Source: Pseudomonas phage sp. 30-2. From it: a stretch of DNA of 64,000 bases. The notes below the pieces were generated by a model. That model did not search any database, had not been told where the DNA came from, and saw only the letters and a program-made list of their open reading frames with translations. Made by a program: the position numbers and the translations under genes. Of the stretch, positions 44,921 through 55,720 are shown one piece after another. The DNA is taken from the sequence record LC727697.1; one strand, given 5' to 3'. Positions within the stretch are counted from its first letter, which is position 1. Each line of letters starts with the position of its first letter.

Positions 44921-47900
44921 TTACCACCCAAATATCACATATGCATGCGTAGGCTGAAGAGGACCATAACTTTGGGCTCCAGTAGTTGATACCCTGCACT
45001 GGAATCCTGATAATTTTCCAGTTCCTGTCCCAAATGGATTTTCAGTAGTTGTAAGCTCTAACGTATGCGGATGACTAGTAGTATCTTGCATTTTTAATAC
45101 ATATCTGCCTTGTGTTACTAAGTAACCATACCACATCCACCCAGCAGGCGGGTATGGTCTATTTGCAAATACTAAATCTAAAGTAAGATTATTATTTGCA
45201 ACATTATCTACTATAGTGTATGATATGTTAGGCGAACACTCAATTGTACCTATTAAATTACCAGGGGTATAATTGATTTTTAACCATTCGCCGGGGAAGC
45301 CGCCCGGAGACGGACTAGTACCGCTTTGATCTCCAGGAATCCACTTTCCTAGTGCTGCACTATATATGAGTACTTGACCGTCAGTAGGTGCAGTAGATGT
45401 ATCTACATCATTTAAATCACTTATATTTTCTGGAATAGAAGGTAAATTAGTTAAGTCGTTGTAGTCTCCAGTTGTAGCAACAGTAGATAATCCTGTTATA
45501 CTACTAGCAGAAATAGACTGAACATATTCTACTGAATTCCCGGTTGAGTTCCATTTTAAGAATGCGTTCGGAATAGCAGAATTATCCGTGTCGTTCAACC
45601 CAACCAAGCTAAAGCTATTATTTACGGGTATACTAGGTGTATTTAAAATATCATCATAATCGATTTGTGTATTAATCCACAAATTTTGTGTATTGTCATA
45701 CGATAATACTTGATTGTTAGTAGGAGTAGTTAAGTTAACGTCAGTTAATGATGCTAGTGTGCTCGAACCGCTTCCAGCATTGCCTGCCAACCAATACGTA
45801 CCGTTGTATACTAAAGCCTGACCTGTTACAGGAGGTGTAACTAAATTCACATCGGTTAAGTCGTCTAACATAACTGGTATGTTAGGTGTATTAGTTAAAT
45901 CGCTATAATCACCGGTAGTAGCAACAGTAGCCAAACCAGAAATAGATTCTGAAGGTATTGATTGTACATAAGATATAGATGTTCCTTGTGCATTCCATTT
46001 TAAAAATCCATTTGGTAGGGAAGGAGTATCAGTATCTGATAATCCAATAAATGTTCCTATATTAGAAGGTTTATCTAATAAGTCATTATAACTACCAGAA
46101 GTAGCAACTACAGATAAAGTGGGTAGACCTTGGAGTTGACTATATGATAACTTAGAAGAAGACCATGATGACCCGTTAGCTACTAACACATTCCCCGAAG
46201 TAGGAGTGGCACTAGATACATCAGTTAAATCTTCAAGCGACTGGTTACCTGTTCCAGACCCGTCTTGACCCTTGAGTGCAATAATACCCCAAATAGAAGA
46301 ATCGGTAGGCAAAATACCAGTAACAGGACCGTTGCCAGGACTAACAATGTATGAAGATCCTCCATAACTAACAACGTCTTGGTCTTGATAAGTTTCCGAA
46401 TTATTATATTCATTTTTGTAAGTAAAACCACTGCCTGTTCCTCCAGAGCCAGCTAACGCTAATATACCCCATTTAGATTGGTCAGTAGGGGTGATTCCTG
46501 TAATAGGTCCTTGCCCGTCTAACACTACATAAGATGAACCGTTATAATAAACTACATCTTTATCTACATATTCGGTATTAGAATCATAAGTTCCCTTATA
46601 AGTAAAGAATGATCCGTCTTCACCTTTTAGTGCTAGTATATTCCAATTTAAGTTTGTACTGCTAGGCGGAATAGAAATATCGCCGCCAGCTACTTCAGCA
46701 ACACATATATAACTAGAACCAGCATAACTTACTGCGTCGTTTATATTATAACTAGTTTCTTCCCATTCGCCGCGCCAGGTTATGAGTATAGTAGTTCCAC
46801 CGGACGATACTGTTATAAATGAGAGATTTCCATTTCCGTCTGTAGCTAAAACTTGACCGCTCGTTCCGTCAGTTGTAGGCCAAGATAGTTCATTTAAATA
46901 TAAATTGCTACCTGTTAATTTTAAACTAGTTTCCGATATTATTTCCGGAGATTGACCTTCGACGACAATCTTACCGCTGCCACCGAGAATGACATTTACA
47001 TTTCCGGATCCAGGTCCGGTTTTTAAAACTAGCTCGTCTACTAATTCTTCAGTATTAATATACGTATTACCGTCTGTACTAAAAATAGCAGTAGGATCAC
47101 TTGTTCCGCCGCCAGTCGATGGCGTAGTAGGAACCCATGTGCTAGAAGAGGAATTATATGTTAGAACCTGGCCATTAGATACACCACTGACATTCACATC
47201 TACTAAATTGGATAATAAGCCAGTTGTTGCAACATTGGCTAATCCTGTTATAGCAGACGAAGGTATTGAAGTAACATATTCTATTTCTGTACTTAAATTG
47301 TTCCATTTTAAAAACCCATTTGCTTCCGGTATATCGTTAGTATCGGATAAACCTAAGAATGTAAATGAATCGTTTTGCGGTATAGTAGGAGTATTTGACA
47401 AATCGTTGTAATTTATTACAGAACCGATCCATTGTCCTGTTCTAAAAACTAGTACACTTCCTTCTTGAGTAGAAGCACTGACAGAAACATCTGACAAATC
47501 ACCTAAATGTGTAGGAATAACGGGTGTGTTTATTAAATTATTAAAATCTACAGATCCGTTATACCAGGTTGATCCATTAAATAGCAGTGTTTGGTTTATT
47601 GAGGGTGTTGTAATAGCAACATTAGATAAATCGTCTAACGAAATAGAACTACTGGCAGGCATACCCACCCATTTTGTTCCGTTAAATTGTAGTACATATC
47701 CGGCTATAGTACCGGCAGTGTCTACATCATCTAATCCACTTAATGTGTTTGATATAGACGGAAGATTAGATAAATCATTGTAGCTAAGTTTTCTGTTTAC
47801 CCAGCCTGTGTTGTCAAAAACAAGGGTTTGACCGTTAGTTGGACTAGCTACAGAAACGTCTACTAAGTCGTCTAGTCTTTTAACTTCGGCTCCCCCGCCT

Positions 47901-47941
47901 TCTGATCCACTTGATCCAAAAAAATCATTTAAATTAGACAT
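44921..47941 (-). CDS. large tail fibre protein
   Basis: 1006 aa starting MSNLNDFFGSSGS, with internal TTGDY.DLTN.P repeats. Confidence 0.7.
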   Translation of the reverse strand: MSNLNDFFGSSGSEGGGAEVKRLDDLVDVSVASPTNGQTLVFDNTGWVNRKLSYNDLSNLPSISNTLSGLDDVDTAGTIAGYVLQFNGTKWVGMPASSSISLDDLSNVAITTPSINQTLLFNGSTWYNGSVDFNNLINTPVIPTHLGDLSDVSVSASTQEGSVLVFRTGQWIGSVINYNDLSNTPTIPQNDSFTFLGLSDTNDIPEANGFLKWNNLSTEIEYVTSIPSSAITGLANVATTGLLSNLVDVNVSGVSNGQVLTYNSSSSTWVPTTPSTGGGTSDPTAIFSTDGNTYINTEELVDELVLKTGPGSGNVNVILGGSGKIVVEGQSPEIISETSLKLTGSNLYLNELSWPTTDGTSGQVLATDGNGNLSFITVSSGGTTILITWRGEWEETSYNINDAVSYAGSSYICVAEVAGGDISIPPSSTNLNWNILALKGEDGSFFTYKGTYDSNTEYVDKDVVYYNGSSYVVLDGQGPITGITPTDQSKWGILALAGSGGTGSGFTYKNEYNNSETYQDQDVVSYGGSSYIVSPGNGPVTGILPTDSSIWGIIALKGQDGSGTGNQSLEDLTDVSSATPTSGNVLVANGSSWSSSKLSYSQLQGLPTLSVVATSGSYNDLLDKPSNIGTFIGLSDTDTPSLPNGFLKWNAQGTSISYVQSIPSESISGLATVATTGDYSDLTNTPNIPVMLDDLTDVNLVTPPVTGQALVYNGTYWLAGNAGSGSSTLASLTDVNLTTPTNNQVLSYDNTQNLWINTQIDYDDILNTPSIPVNNSFSLVGLNDTDNSAIPNAFLKWNSTGNSVEYVQSISASSITGLSTVATTGDYNDLTNLPSIPENISDLNDVDTSTAPTDGQVLIYSAALGKWIPGDQSGTSPSPGGFPGEWLKINYTPGNLIGTIECSPNISYTIVDNVANNNLTLDLVFANRPYPPAGWMWYGYLVTQGRYVLKMQDTTSHPHTLELTTTENPFGTGTGKLSGFQCRVSTTGAQSYGPLQPTHAYVIFGW

Positions 47942-48032
47942 ATGTTTCCTTTTACACTTAGCTAAAATCTATTATATTGTTATCACAATATTTACCAGAT
48001 TTTAGTAGTATTTTAACATAGGTAAAATATAA

Positions 48033-48058
48033 TAAAAGGGCTTAAAAGCCCTTTTATT
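48033..48058. terminator. palindromic rho-independent terminator
   Basis: AAAAGGGCTTAAAAGCCCTTTTATT. Confidence 0.6.
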
Positions 48059-48443
48059 AACTAAGAGATATTGGTGCAAAATATGTGTTTGAACTAAACA
48101 TCATATCTGTTGCAGATGTATTATGTACTGTAAGGGTTGCTGTACCTGAACCTAATAAAAATGCAGGTTGATTTGTATTAAAATTACCAGTTATTGTTTC
48201 GAAATCTATTACTATATTAGATCCTATTTTTATATAAAGTTCGTATGTGTCTGTTTGGTTACCTATTATTGTAGAAACAGCGAGGAATAACACAGCACCT
48301 GATGATACTCCTAAAATAAAGTCTCTAGTTTCGCCAGATGTAATAGTAGTTGCAGAAGTATTAATTCTTTTTGCAGGAATAGCACTGGGATAACTTCCAG
48401 TGCTATTAGATGTTCCGCCGAAATAATCATTTAAATTAGACAT
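48057..48443 (-). CDS. small fibre-associated protein sharing its N-terminus with the 1006-aa fibre
   Basis: 128 aa starting MSNLNDYFGGTSNS. Confidence 0.55.
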   Translation of the reverse strand: MSNLNDYFGGTSNSTGSYPSAIPAKRINTSATTITSGETRDFILGVSSGAVLFLAVSTIIGNQTDTYELYIKIGSNIVIDFETITGNFNTNQPAFLLGSGTATLTVHNTSATDMMFSSNTYFAPISLS

Positions 48444-48444
48444 A

Positions 48445-51400
48445 TTATAATCCTATGTAACCTTTTTGTAATTCTGTATTAGATCCATGAGCAGGATTAC
48501 AAACAACTGCTAATGGTATATTTGTACTGCCTGCAGGTTCGTTTATGTTGATTACAGACATGCCTGTTGCATTTACTTCTAAATTGCCCGTTATTGTTCC
48601 AGATACAATAGCTGATCTAGCATCAACTGTACTATGTCTAGTTGCAGCTATCATTATGCCTTCTGAGTTTTTAACTTCAAAATTAGCAGTAGATATACTT
48701 GTATCTAACGACAGGATTGTGCCGGATTTGATATTATTGAATATCACAAATACAAACGATTGACTAGTATCGTCGTTGTGTATTAGTTTACTTCCGTGTT
48801 TTAACACAATACCATCTTGTGCTTGGTTTGCAATATAAACGGATTGTCCGGCATTAAATGACAATATAGAACCGTCTGCACGGATTGCAGCGCTGGCTTG
48901 CCTGCATAGATTTCCTGCCAATACTACACTAGAACCCGGTATAGATTGTATTGCAGTTTCGTATCCATATACTGCAAAGTTTGCACCTAAACCAACATAC
49001 GCAGGTCCATCATATATACCTGTGGTATATGTTCTTCCTACAGTAAGTGCAGTTCCTAAACCAGTATCGTCTACTAACGCTATGTTATCTATGAAACCTA
49101 ACGAATATCCGCCAGCTACATACATGTTTGTATTTTTAAATACTGTAGTGAATTTAGATATAGTTCCGGTGTACCCAGTATAGTCAGATACATCTGCTAA
49201 TACACTATTAGGAATTACTATCTCTAAAGTATTAGATCCTGTGTTTATTGCTGTTACAATTTCAACACATTCTAACATAGTTGCTGCTGACGTAATCTTT
49301 ATAATGTCCCCTACTTCGTAGTCACTGACAGAAGAAAGTTGCATTGTTACCGTTGCCAATCCTGCATTATTGGTTATATTAGTAACAGTAAATGAACTAC
49401 TTGCTTGGGGCAATTCGCCTATAAGTTTTACATTCATCCCTTGAATGTGACTAAACGCAATAGGATTGGTAGGTTCGTAGACACCTTCTGCAACACGAAC
49501 TATAATTTCTGCAGAACTATTTACAAATTTGCCATCTAGACTAAGGAAAGCAGCATTTAATGTAGCAAATGGAGATTCTTCGGTTCCACTTCCTGTAGTG
49601 TCGTTACCATCTGTAGCTACATAAACTATTATATCCGAATCAGATGCAATATCAGTTTTTCTACCTAATTCACCTATGCCGTCTGTTACTTTCCAACCTA
49701 CTACCGAATCGACGTATGTAAATTCTATAGAAGCATTTTCGTTTGCAATTTCTAATATTTCGTTTTTACCCATTATTGGGTTGCCGTTGCCATCTACAAA
49801 GCAACTTGCTTTATCGTAAGTACCTAACAAGTCAGCTATTCTAACAACAGCGTTAACACTTGCTCCTGTCGGTAATTTAACAGTTACTGCACCATTGTTG
49901 GTATTAACATAAATTGCTTCGCCCGGTTGAGCTATTAGCATAGCAGGAGTGCTAGATGAATCTACAGTACGCCAATTCGTAACTGGAATGTTTTGTTTAG
50001 ATATCTCACCTATACCATCTGTTATTTTCCAACCGTACGTTGTGTCTACAAATGTTAACTCTATACTTGCATTTTGGTTCTGAATAGTTAGTGTGTTATC
50101 CATGCTGGCACCCATTAAAGGCATGCCATTAGTATTCACTACGCAACTATTTGTTCTAAATGTACCTTTCCAATCAGCAATACGAATTACCATATTTTCG
50201 GTAGGGGCAACAGGCAGAGTAATTGTTACACTAGCAGAAGTTGTATCTACCAATAAATATTCTGAACCAGTTACAGTATAGTTGCCATTTATCTTTGTCC
50301 ACGAAGTTACTACCGGCGATCCTGAACTATTTTTGTTTATCCAGCTATTTGTTACAGCATCATAAGTAAGAACTTGTCCGTCTTCTACTGAATTTAGATT
50401 TACGTCTACTAAACTTCCTAGTATTCCGTTAGTAGCAACCGGAGCTAGGTTATCTATGTCAGTTAGTGCATTTATGCTACTTACATATTCGAGTATAGGA
50501 TTAACATCGTCTATATCACTACCGGGCGGAATAGTAAACGCAGGATATTTTATAAATGTATTAGGCTGCGGATTTCCTGCGTCAGCTAACTTCCTAAAAT
50601 AATACGAATTATTTTCCGGTTTATTGGATAAATCGTTAAAATCACCACTTATAGCTACACTAGATAATCCTATTATATCAGAAACATTAATAGATGATTG
50701 ATATAAAACCTCATCACCGCTTGCATTCCATCGCAAGAATCCGTTAGGTAGTGCAGTATCTGCAGTGTCAGTTAGATCTAGTATAGATGTAGTAGATCCT
50801 GATGGCTTATTAGTTAAATCATTATAATCACCACTGAATGCAACTAACGCAAATGTAGGTAAATCTGTTAATTCAGAATACGTAACTGGTTCGTTTACCC
50901 ATGTAGTGCCGTTGTATTTTAAAACATCACTAGCAGCTAGATCAGATAGAGATACATCTGTTAGATCAGCTAGGGCTGTACTACCAGATGGGTTAGTTGC
51001 AGGTTCTTTTGCAATCCAATTATTTGAACTACTATCCCATGTTAATACATATCCGTTTGTAGGAACAGGATTAACGGTATTAACATCTGCTAAATCGTTA
51101 ATTGATGCCGGTATAGCAGGTTTATTAGATAAGTCATTATAATTTCCACTGGTAGCAACCGGAGCTAACCCAGTTATATCATTTGTACTTATTGTAGTAA
51201 TATACTGAACTGTGCTACCCGATGAATCCCACCGCAAGAATCCATTAGGTACAGCAGATGAACTAGTATCAGTTAATTGCAACAGACTCATACTTATAGT
51301 TCCAGTTAAGTCACTATAAGATAGTTGTTTATTCTGCCAAACAATACTATTGTCTGGCTGCACAGTTGCTCTAAGAACATTACCGTCAACTACAGGGAAA

Positions 51401-54400
51401 GTAAGAGTAACATCAGTTAAGTCATTTAATGCTACTACCGTGGATCCGCCCGAACCTGCTATATTACGTAAATTGTAATTTATCCAACGTTGATTTTGAC
51501 GATCCCATATTAAACCCCAAACAGCTTGTGTAGCTGGATTGTTCATATCAGGTAAATTTACATTTACATTTATTAAATCGTGCAAATCTCCTGTGGTTGC
51601 TACTTCTGCTAATCCGGCAATTACGCTTGCAGAAATACTATCTTCGTATATAATTAGATTTCCGGTAGTATCCCAACGTAAGTATGCATTAGCCCTATCT
51701 TCCGGCAATGTTATATTTTGGGTATCGCTTAAACCTATAAAAGAAGAACTAGTGTTCGGTCGTGCTTGCCATATTCCGTTAGAATATGTTAACACATCCT
51801 CTGGTTGTGCTAAATAATTTCCATTAGTATCACGCATACGAACGTCAGCAAGTCCGTTTAGTTCAGTTACTAATGTGGGTTTATTAGTTAAGTCATTATA
51901 ATTTCCACTAGTAGCAACTGTAGCTAATTGAGAGGGTTTAACTACCGTTTCAAACGATAGTTGGCCAGCTCCATTTGTAACTACTGCTTGCCCAACTGTA
52001 CCGTCGGTCATTGGATAACTTATATTACCTAATGATATGCCAGTAGATGAATCTAATTTTATTCTAGAAGTAGAAGAAATAAGAGCATCTACGTTATTAG
52101 CAACTGGATTTAGAATAATTGAGCTATTTGTATTTCCTAACTCGAATATTATATTTCCAGTAGTAGGTCCTGCTGTTAGAACAATGCTATCTAAAATATC
52201 GTTAGTAGAAACTTTTGTATTTCCGCTCTCTATGTAGGCTTGTATTTGATTAGGATTATAAGGTACAGGTACCCATGCAGAACCATTCCATTGCAATACT
52301 TCATTCTGGTTCAAACCTATTAAATCTACATCACTCAGTGAAGATAGTTTACCTATAGTCGCAACAGTAGCTAATCCAGAAACAGATTGTGCATCGATTG
52401 TATTTGCATATATTACCTGATTTGCACTGGAATTCCAACGCAATATACCATCTGCAACTGGTGTATTATTTGTATCATTTAACCCAAGTAAACTAAAACT
52501 GCCATTAGTAGGTATGGATGGTTTATTGTTTAGATCATCATAGCTGCCTGTAGTTGCAACATTAGCAAACGACGGTTTATTAGATAAATCATCATAACTT
52601 CCGCTAGTAGCAACAGTAGCTAATCCACTTATTTGAGAAACGTTATGGACATGAACTGTCGGTGTAAATTGCGTAGGAATACCCAACAAATCCGAATATT
52701 GTCCTGTTGTAGCTACATCTGACAGATCAGTTTTATTAGCATACACACTTAAATCGGGTGCATTTATTAAATCTGAATATTCTCCAGTTGTAGCTATGTC
52801 AGCTAATGATACAGATAAAACATAGTCAGATAAATCCGGTGTTCCTTGCAAATCTGCATACTGGCCAGATGATGCGACAGGAGCCAATCCAGTTATTGCA
52901 TTTACAGGAATTGTTTGAATATATTCAACACTACTTCCAGATGCATTCCAGCGTAAGAATCCGTTTGCAACAGGTACAGAATTAGTATCTGATAATCCCA
53001 CTAATGAATATGAACTATTAGTAGGTGCGTTAGTTAAATCATTATAATCACCACTAAATGCATCAGAGGTATTTAATTTATTATCTAGGGATGCCTGTAA
53101 TCCGGATACGTCTGCTATATTGTGGGTATGTTCGGCTGGATTAAATTCAGCAGGAATATTTATTAAATCAGTATAACTACCTGATGAAGAAACTGTAGCT
53201 AATAACGGTTTGCCTAATAAATCCGAATATTGTCCGGTTGTAGACACAACAGACAATCCTGCTACATCTGTTGCAGGAATGTTTGCTGACGATACAACAA
53301 ATGAACCGTCTAAGTTCCATTTTAAATAGCCGCCGGGCTGAACAGTGGGACTTACATCATTCAAACCTATAAATTTAAAATCAAAATTAGTAGGAATAAA
53401 CGGTTTATTTGTTAAACTATCATAATCGCCGTCAAACGCAGGCGGCGCATCAATTAAGTCGCTATAACTCCCGGTTATAGCAACAGTCGATAAGGAAGGG
53501 GTACCCAATAAATCCGAATACTGACCTGATATAGCAACGTCCGACAATCCTGAAATATCTTGCGGATATATATAATCTTGATATGCAACTAAGGTACCTA
53601 AATTATTCCACCGTAAGAATCCATTAGGTACAGCAGGACTAAATGTATCTTGAAGATCTATTAACCCCGGCTTATTTGTTAAACTATTATAATCGCCGTC
53701 GAATGCAATATTTGCGTCAAGTTTGCTGTCTAGTAAACTTTGCAGGCCTAGTACGTCTACTACGTCGTGTGTATGCGCAGCGGGGCTAAAAACGCTTGGT
53801 TTATTGCTTATATTAGCCCAATCTATGCTTGCTTGTGTTATTGCACTAGCAACCCATGCTGTTCCGTTCCAGGTTAATACGTTCCCTGTTTGTTTAGAAG
53901 AAACATCTACATCTAATAAGTCGTTTAAATTTTCTACTAACTCGGGTTTATTTATTAAATCAGAATATCTGCCAGTTGTAGCAACAGTAGATAATTCTGA
54001 ATCAGTAACATAGTTATCTAAGTTAGGAGTACCGGAAATATCAGTATAAGATAATTGCTTGTTTATCCATGAAGTGCCGTTAAAATAAATAACATCTTTT
54101 GGAAGTCTAGTAGTTAAATTGACAGTCAATTTACTATCTAGCGAATTTTGCAATCCTATAATATCAGATATAGCATGCGTATGTGCGGTTGGCGCCATTG
54201 CAGTCGGTTTATTAACTAAATCGTTATAATCGTTGCTAGTAGCTACAGATGCCAATCCTGTGATTTGTGCAGCCGGGTGAGTATGCGCACTTGGTGCAAA
54301 TGTCAAAGGCACATTGTTCAAATCAGAATAATTACCGGTGGTTGCAACAGTGGAAAATTCAGTTCTAAGCGGATACACTGACAAATTAGGTTTTCCTAAT

Positions 54401-55155
54401 AAGTCATTATAATTTCCACTAGTAGCAACTGGAGCTAACCCGGTTATTACAGTAGCAGAAATTGAAGTAATAAATTCTACCTCATCGCCACTTGCGTTCC
54501 AGCGCAAGAATCCGTTGGGTAGTGCAGTATCGTTAACATCTGTTAATCCAACTATAGTATTAGAAGTTGCACTGGGAATATTTACTAAATCATTATAATC
54601 ACCACTGAATGCAACTGATGACAATTCGCTAGATCTAACTACATCACTCAAATCTGGTTTGTTTGTTAGTGATGTATAATCTATTTTCTTATTTGTCCAA
54701 GAACCTGATTCCCATGCTAATACATCATCAGCTGTAGGGGAGATAACAGAGACATCTGATACATCATTTAACGTTATATTACTATTAACCCATGCAGAAC
54801 CGTCCCATTTAAGATATTGGGTTATAGTAGGAGATACTATATTTGTGTCTAGTAATTCATCTAGACTAGGTAATTGGCCACCGCTGCCAGGTACTGGTAA
54901 AAATGCCATTCCGCCCGCGGAAGTTATAGTTAGTACGTATCCAGGCACTTTATTACCAGATATTGCAAGTTTATCAATTGTTATAGAACCGTCTAATATA
55001 TTAGACGAATCTAATACGATTCTGGGATTTGTGCTATTTACAAATGCCTGGACAGTATCGTCATAAACTAAAAATTGACCATTAGTTGGTGTACTATCTA
55101 TTAGAAAATCTGGAACAAATTGATTTAATACAGAAGGACCTGATTGTATACTCAT
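48445..55155 (-). CDS. giant repeat-rich fibre/host-recognition protein (2236 aa)
   Basis: Dozens of degenerate (A/V)(A/T)(S/T)G.Y.DL.NKP and AHTH...I.GL repeat units. It is unbroken in one frame, while all antisense ORFs are short. Confidence 0.8.
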   Translation of the reverse strand: MSIQSGPSVLNQFVPDFLIDSTPTNGQFLVYDDTVQAFVNSTNPRIVLDSSNILDGSITIDKLAISGNKVPGYVLTITSAGGMAFLPVPGSGGQLPSLDELLDTNIVSPTITQYLKWDGSAWVNSNITLNDVSDVSVISPTADDVLAWESGSWTNKKIDYTSLTNKPDLSDVVRSSELSSVAFSGDYNDLVNIPSATSNTIVGLTDVNDTALPNGFLRWNASGDEVEFITSISATVITGLAPVATSGNYNDLLGKPNLSVYPLRTEFSTVATTGNYSDLNNVPLTFAPSAHTHPAAQITGLASVATSNDYNDLVNKPTAMAPTAHTHAISDIIGLQNSLDSKLTVNLTTRLPKDVIYFNGTSWINKQLSYTDISGTPNLDNYVTDSELSTVATTGRYSDLINKPELVENLNDLLDVDVSSKQTGNVLTWNGTAWVASAITQASIDWANISNKPSVFSPAAHTHDVVDVLGLQSLLDSKLDANIAFDGDYNSLTNKPGLIDLQDTFSPAVPNGFLRWNNLGTLVAYQDYIYPQDISGLSDVAISGQYSDLLGTPSLSTVAITGSYSDLIDAPPAFDGDYDSLTNKPFIPTNFDFKFIGLNDVSPTVQPGGYLKWNLDGSFVVSSANIPATDVAGLSVVSTTGQYSDLLGKPLLATVSSSGSYTDLINIPAEFNPAEHTHNIADVSGLQASLDNKLNTSDAFSGDYNDLTNAPTNSSYSLVGLSDTNSVPVANGFLRWNASGSSVEYIQTIPVNAITGLAPVASSGQYADLQGTPDLSDYVLSVSLADIATTGEYSDLINAPDLSVYANKTDLSDVATTGQYSDLLGIPTQFTPTVHVHNVSQISGLATVATSGSYDDLSNKPSFANVATTGSYDDLNNKPSIPTNGSFSLLGLNDTNNTPVADGILRWNSSANQVIYANTIDAQSVSGLATVATIGKLSSLSDVDLIGLNQNEVLQWNGSAWVPVPYNPNQIQAYIESGNTKVSTNDILDSIVLTAGPTTGNIIFELGNTNSSIILNPVANNVDALISSTSRIKLDSSTGISLGNISYPMTDGTVGQAVVTNGAGQLSFETVVKPSQLATVATSGNYNDLTNKPTLVTELNGLADVRMRDTNGNYLAQPEDVLTYSNGIWQARPNTSSSFIGLSDTQNITLPEDRANAYLRWDTTGNLIIYEDSISASVIAGLAEVATTGDLHDLINVNVNLPDMNNPATQAVWGLIWDRQNQRWINYNLRNIAGSGGSTVVALNDLTDVTLTFPVVDGNVLRATVQPDNSIVWQNKQLSYSDLTGTISMSLLQLTDTSSSAVPNGFLRWDSSGSTVQYITTISTNDITGLAPVATSGNYNDLSNKPAIPASINDLADVNTVNPVPTNGYVLTWDSSSNNWIAKEPATNPSGSTALADLTDVSLSDLAASDVLKYNGTTWVNEPVTYSELTDLPTFALVAFSGDYNDLTNKPSGSTTSILDLTDTADTALPNGFLRWNASGDEVLYQSSINVSDIIGLSSVAISGDFNDLSNKPENNSYYFRKLADAGNPQPNTFIKYPAFTIPPGSDIDDVNPILEYVSSINALTDIDNLAPVATNGILGSLVDVNLNSVEDGQVLTYDAVTNSWINKNSSGSPVVTSWTKINGNYTVTGSEYLLVDTTSASVTITLPVAPTENMVIRIADWKGTFRTNSCVVNTNGMPLMGASMDNTLTIQNQNASIELTFVDTTYGWKITDGIGEISKQNIPVTNWRTVDSSSTPAMLIAQPGEAIYVNTNNGAVTVKLPTGASVNAVVRIADLLGTYDKASCFVDGNGNPIMGKNEILEIANENASIEFTYVDSVVGWKVTDGIGELGRKTDIASDSDIIVYVATDGNDTTGSGTEESPFATLNAAFLSLDGKFVNSSAEIIVRVAEGVYEPTNPIAFSHIQGMNVKLIGELPQASSSFTVTNITNNAGLATVTMQLSSVSDYEVGDIIKITSAATMLECVEIVTAINTGSNTLEIVIPNSVLADVSDYTGYTGTISKFTTVFKNTNMYVAGGYSLGFIDNIALVDDTGLGTALTVGRTYTTGIYDGPAYVGLGANFAVYGYETAIQSIPGSSVVLAGNLCRQASAAIRADGSILSFNAGQSVYIANQAQDGIVLKHGSKLIHNDDTSQSFVFVIFNNIKSGTILSLDTSISTANFEVKNSEGIMIAATRHSTVDARSAIVSGTITGNLEVNATGMSVININEPAGSTNIPLAVVCNPAHGSNTELQKGYIGL

Positions 55156-55168
55156 ATTCTTTTTAACC

Positions 55169-55603
55169 CTACATTGCTAACAGCACTTTATCTACACTAC
55201 CCATATCTTCGTTTGTTACAAGCACAGGCGGCGGTATATATCCTTCCCACGATACAACTGCTCTTAGATAAGTAAAATTACCTATAAAAGTAAATGCCTT
55301 TGTACCAGTATCGCCATTTTTCTCGCCTGTGGGATGCGCCGGATCTTCGGGGAAACGTAAAACAGTGGTTCTTCTATTTCGTTCAGTTACATCTATATTA
55401 AACCAATCCGACTCTTCTGGATTCATAGATAGAGTTCCTTGAAGCATAAAGTATCCTTTAAAATTATAATAAGACATAGATACTGTATGAATTCCGTCAG
55501 TAAAACCGAAAAAGTTGTCAGCCCTAACTCTTTCACCTACTATTTTCATTTCTCCGTCAAAACTTGCACCTTGCAGCATTAATACAGATTTTCTAATACT
55601 CAT
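55169..55603 (-). CDS. structural hypothetical protein
   Basis: 144 aa, co-transcribed with the giant fibre gene. Confidence 0.55.
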   Translation of the reverse strand: MSIRKSVLMLQGASFDGEMKIVGERVRADNFFGFTDGIHTVSMSYYNFKGYFMLQGTLSMNPEESDWFNIDVTERNRRTTVLRFPEDPAHPTGEKNGDTGTKAFTFIGNFTYLRAVVSWEGYIPPPVLVTNEDMGSVDKVLLAM

Positions 55604-55621
55604 TTTGACCTCTATTATTAT

Positions 55622-55633
55622 GCAGTATTTATC
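55622..55633 (-). promoter_or_regulatory. T4-late-promoter-like motif (GATAAATACTGC)
   Basis: The reverse complement of GCAGTATTTATC reads GATAAATACTGC, matching the T4 late consensus TATAAATACT with one mismatch. It lies about 20 nt upstream of the structural operon start. Confidence 0.4.
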
Positions 55634-55680
55634 AGTGTACGTAATTGTATTGAATTAGTACGTTACTGAAACTTGTTGTC

Positions 55681-55710
55681 AAAAAAATAGCCCCGTTTGG
55701 GGCTATTTTT
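55681..55710. terminator. palindromic rho-independent terminator
   Basis: AAAAAAATAGCCCCGTTTGGGGCTATTTTT. Confidence 0.65.
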
Positions 55711-55720
55711 AGGAGTAGTG

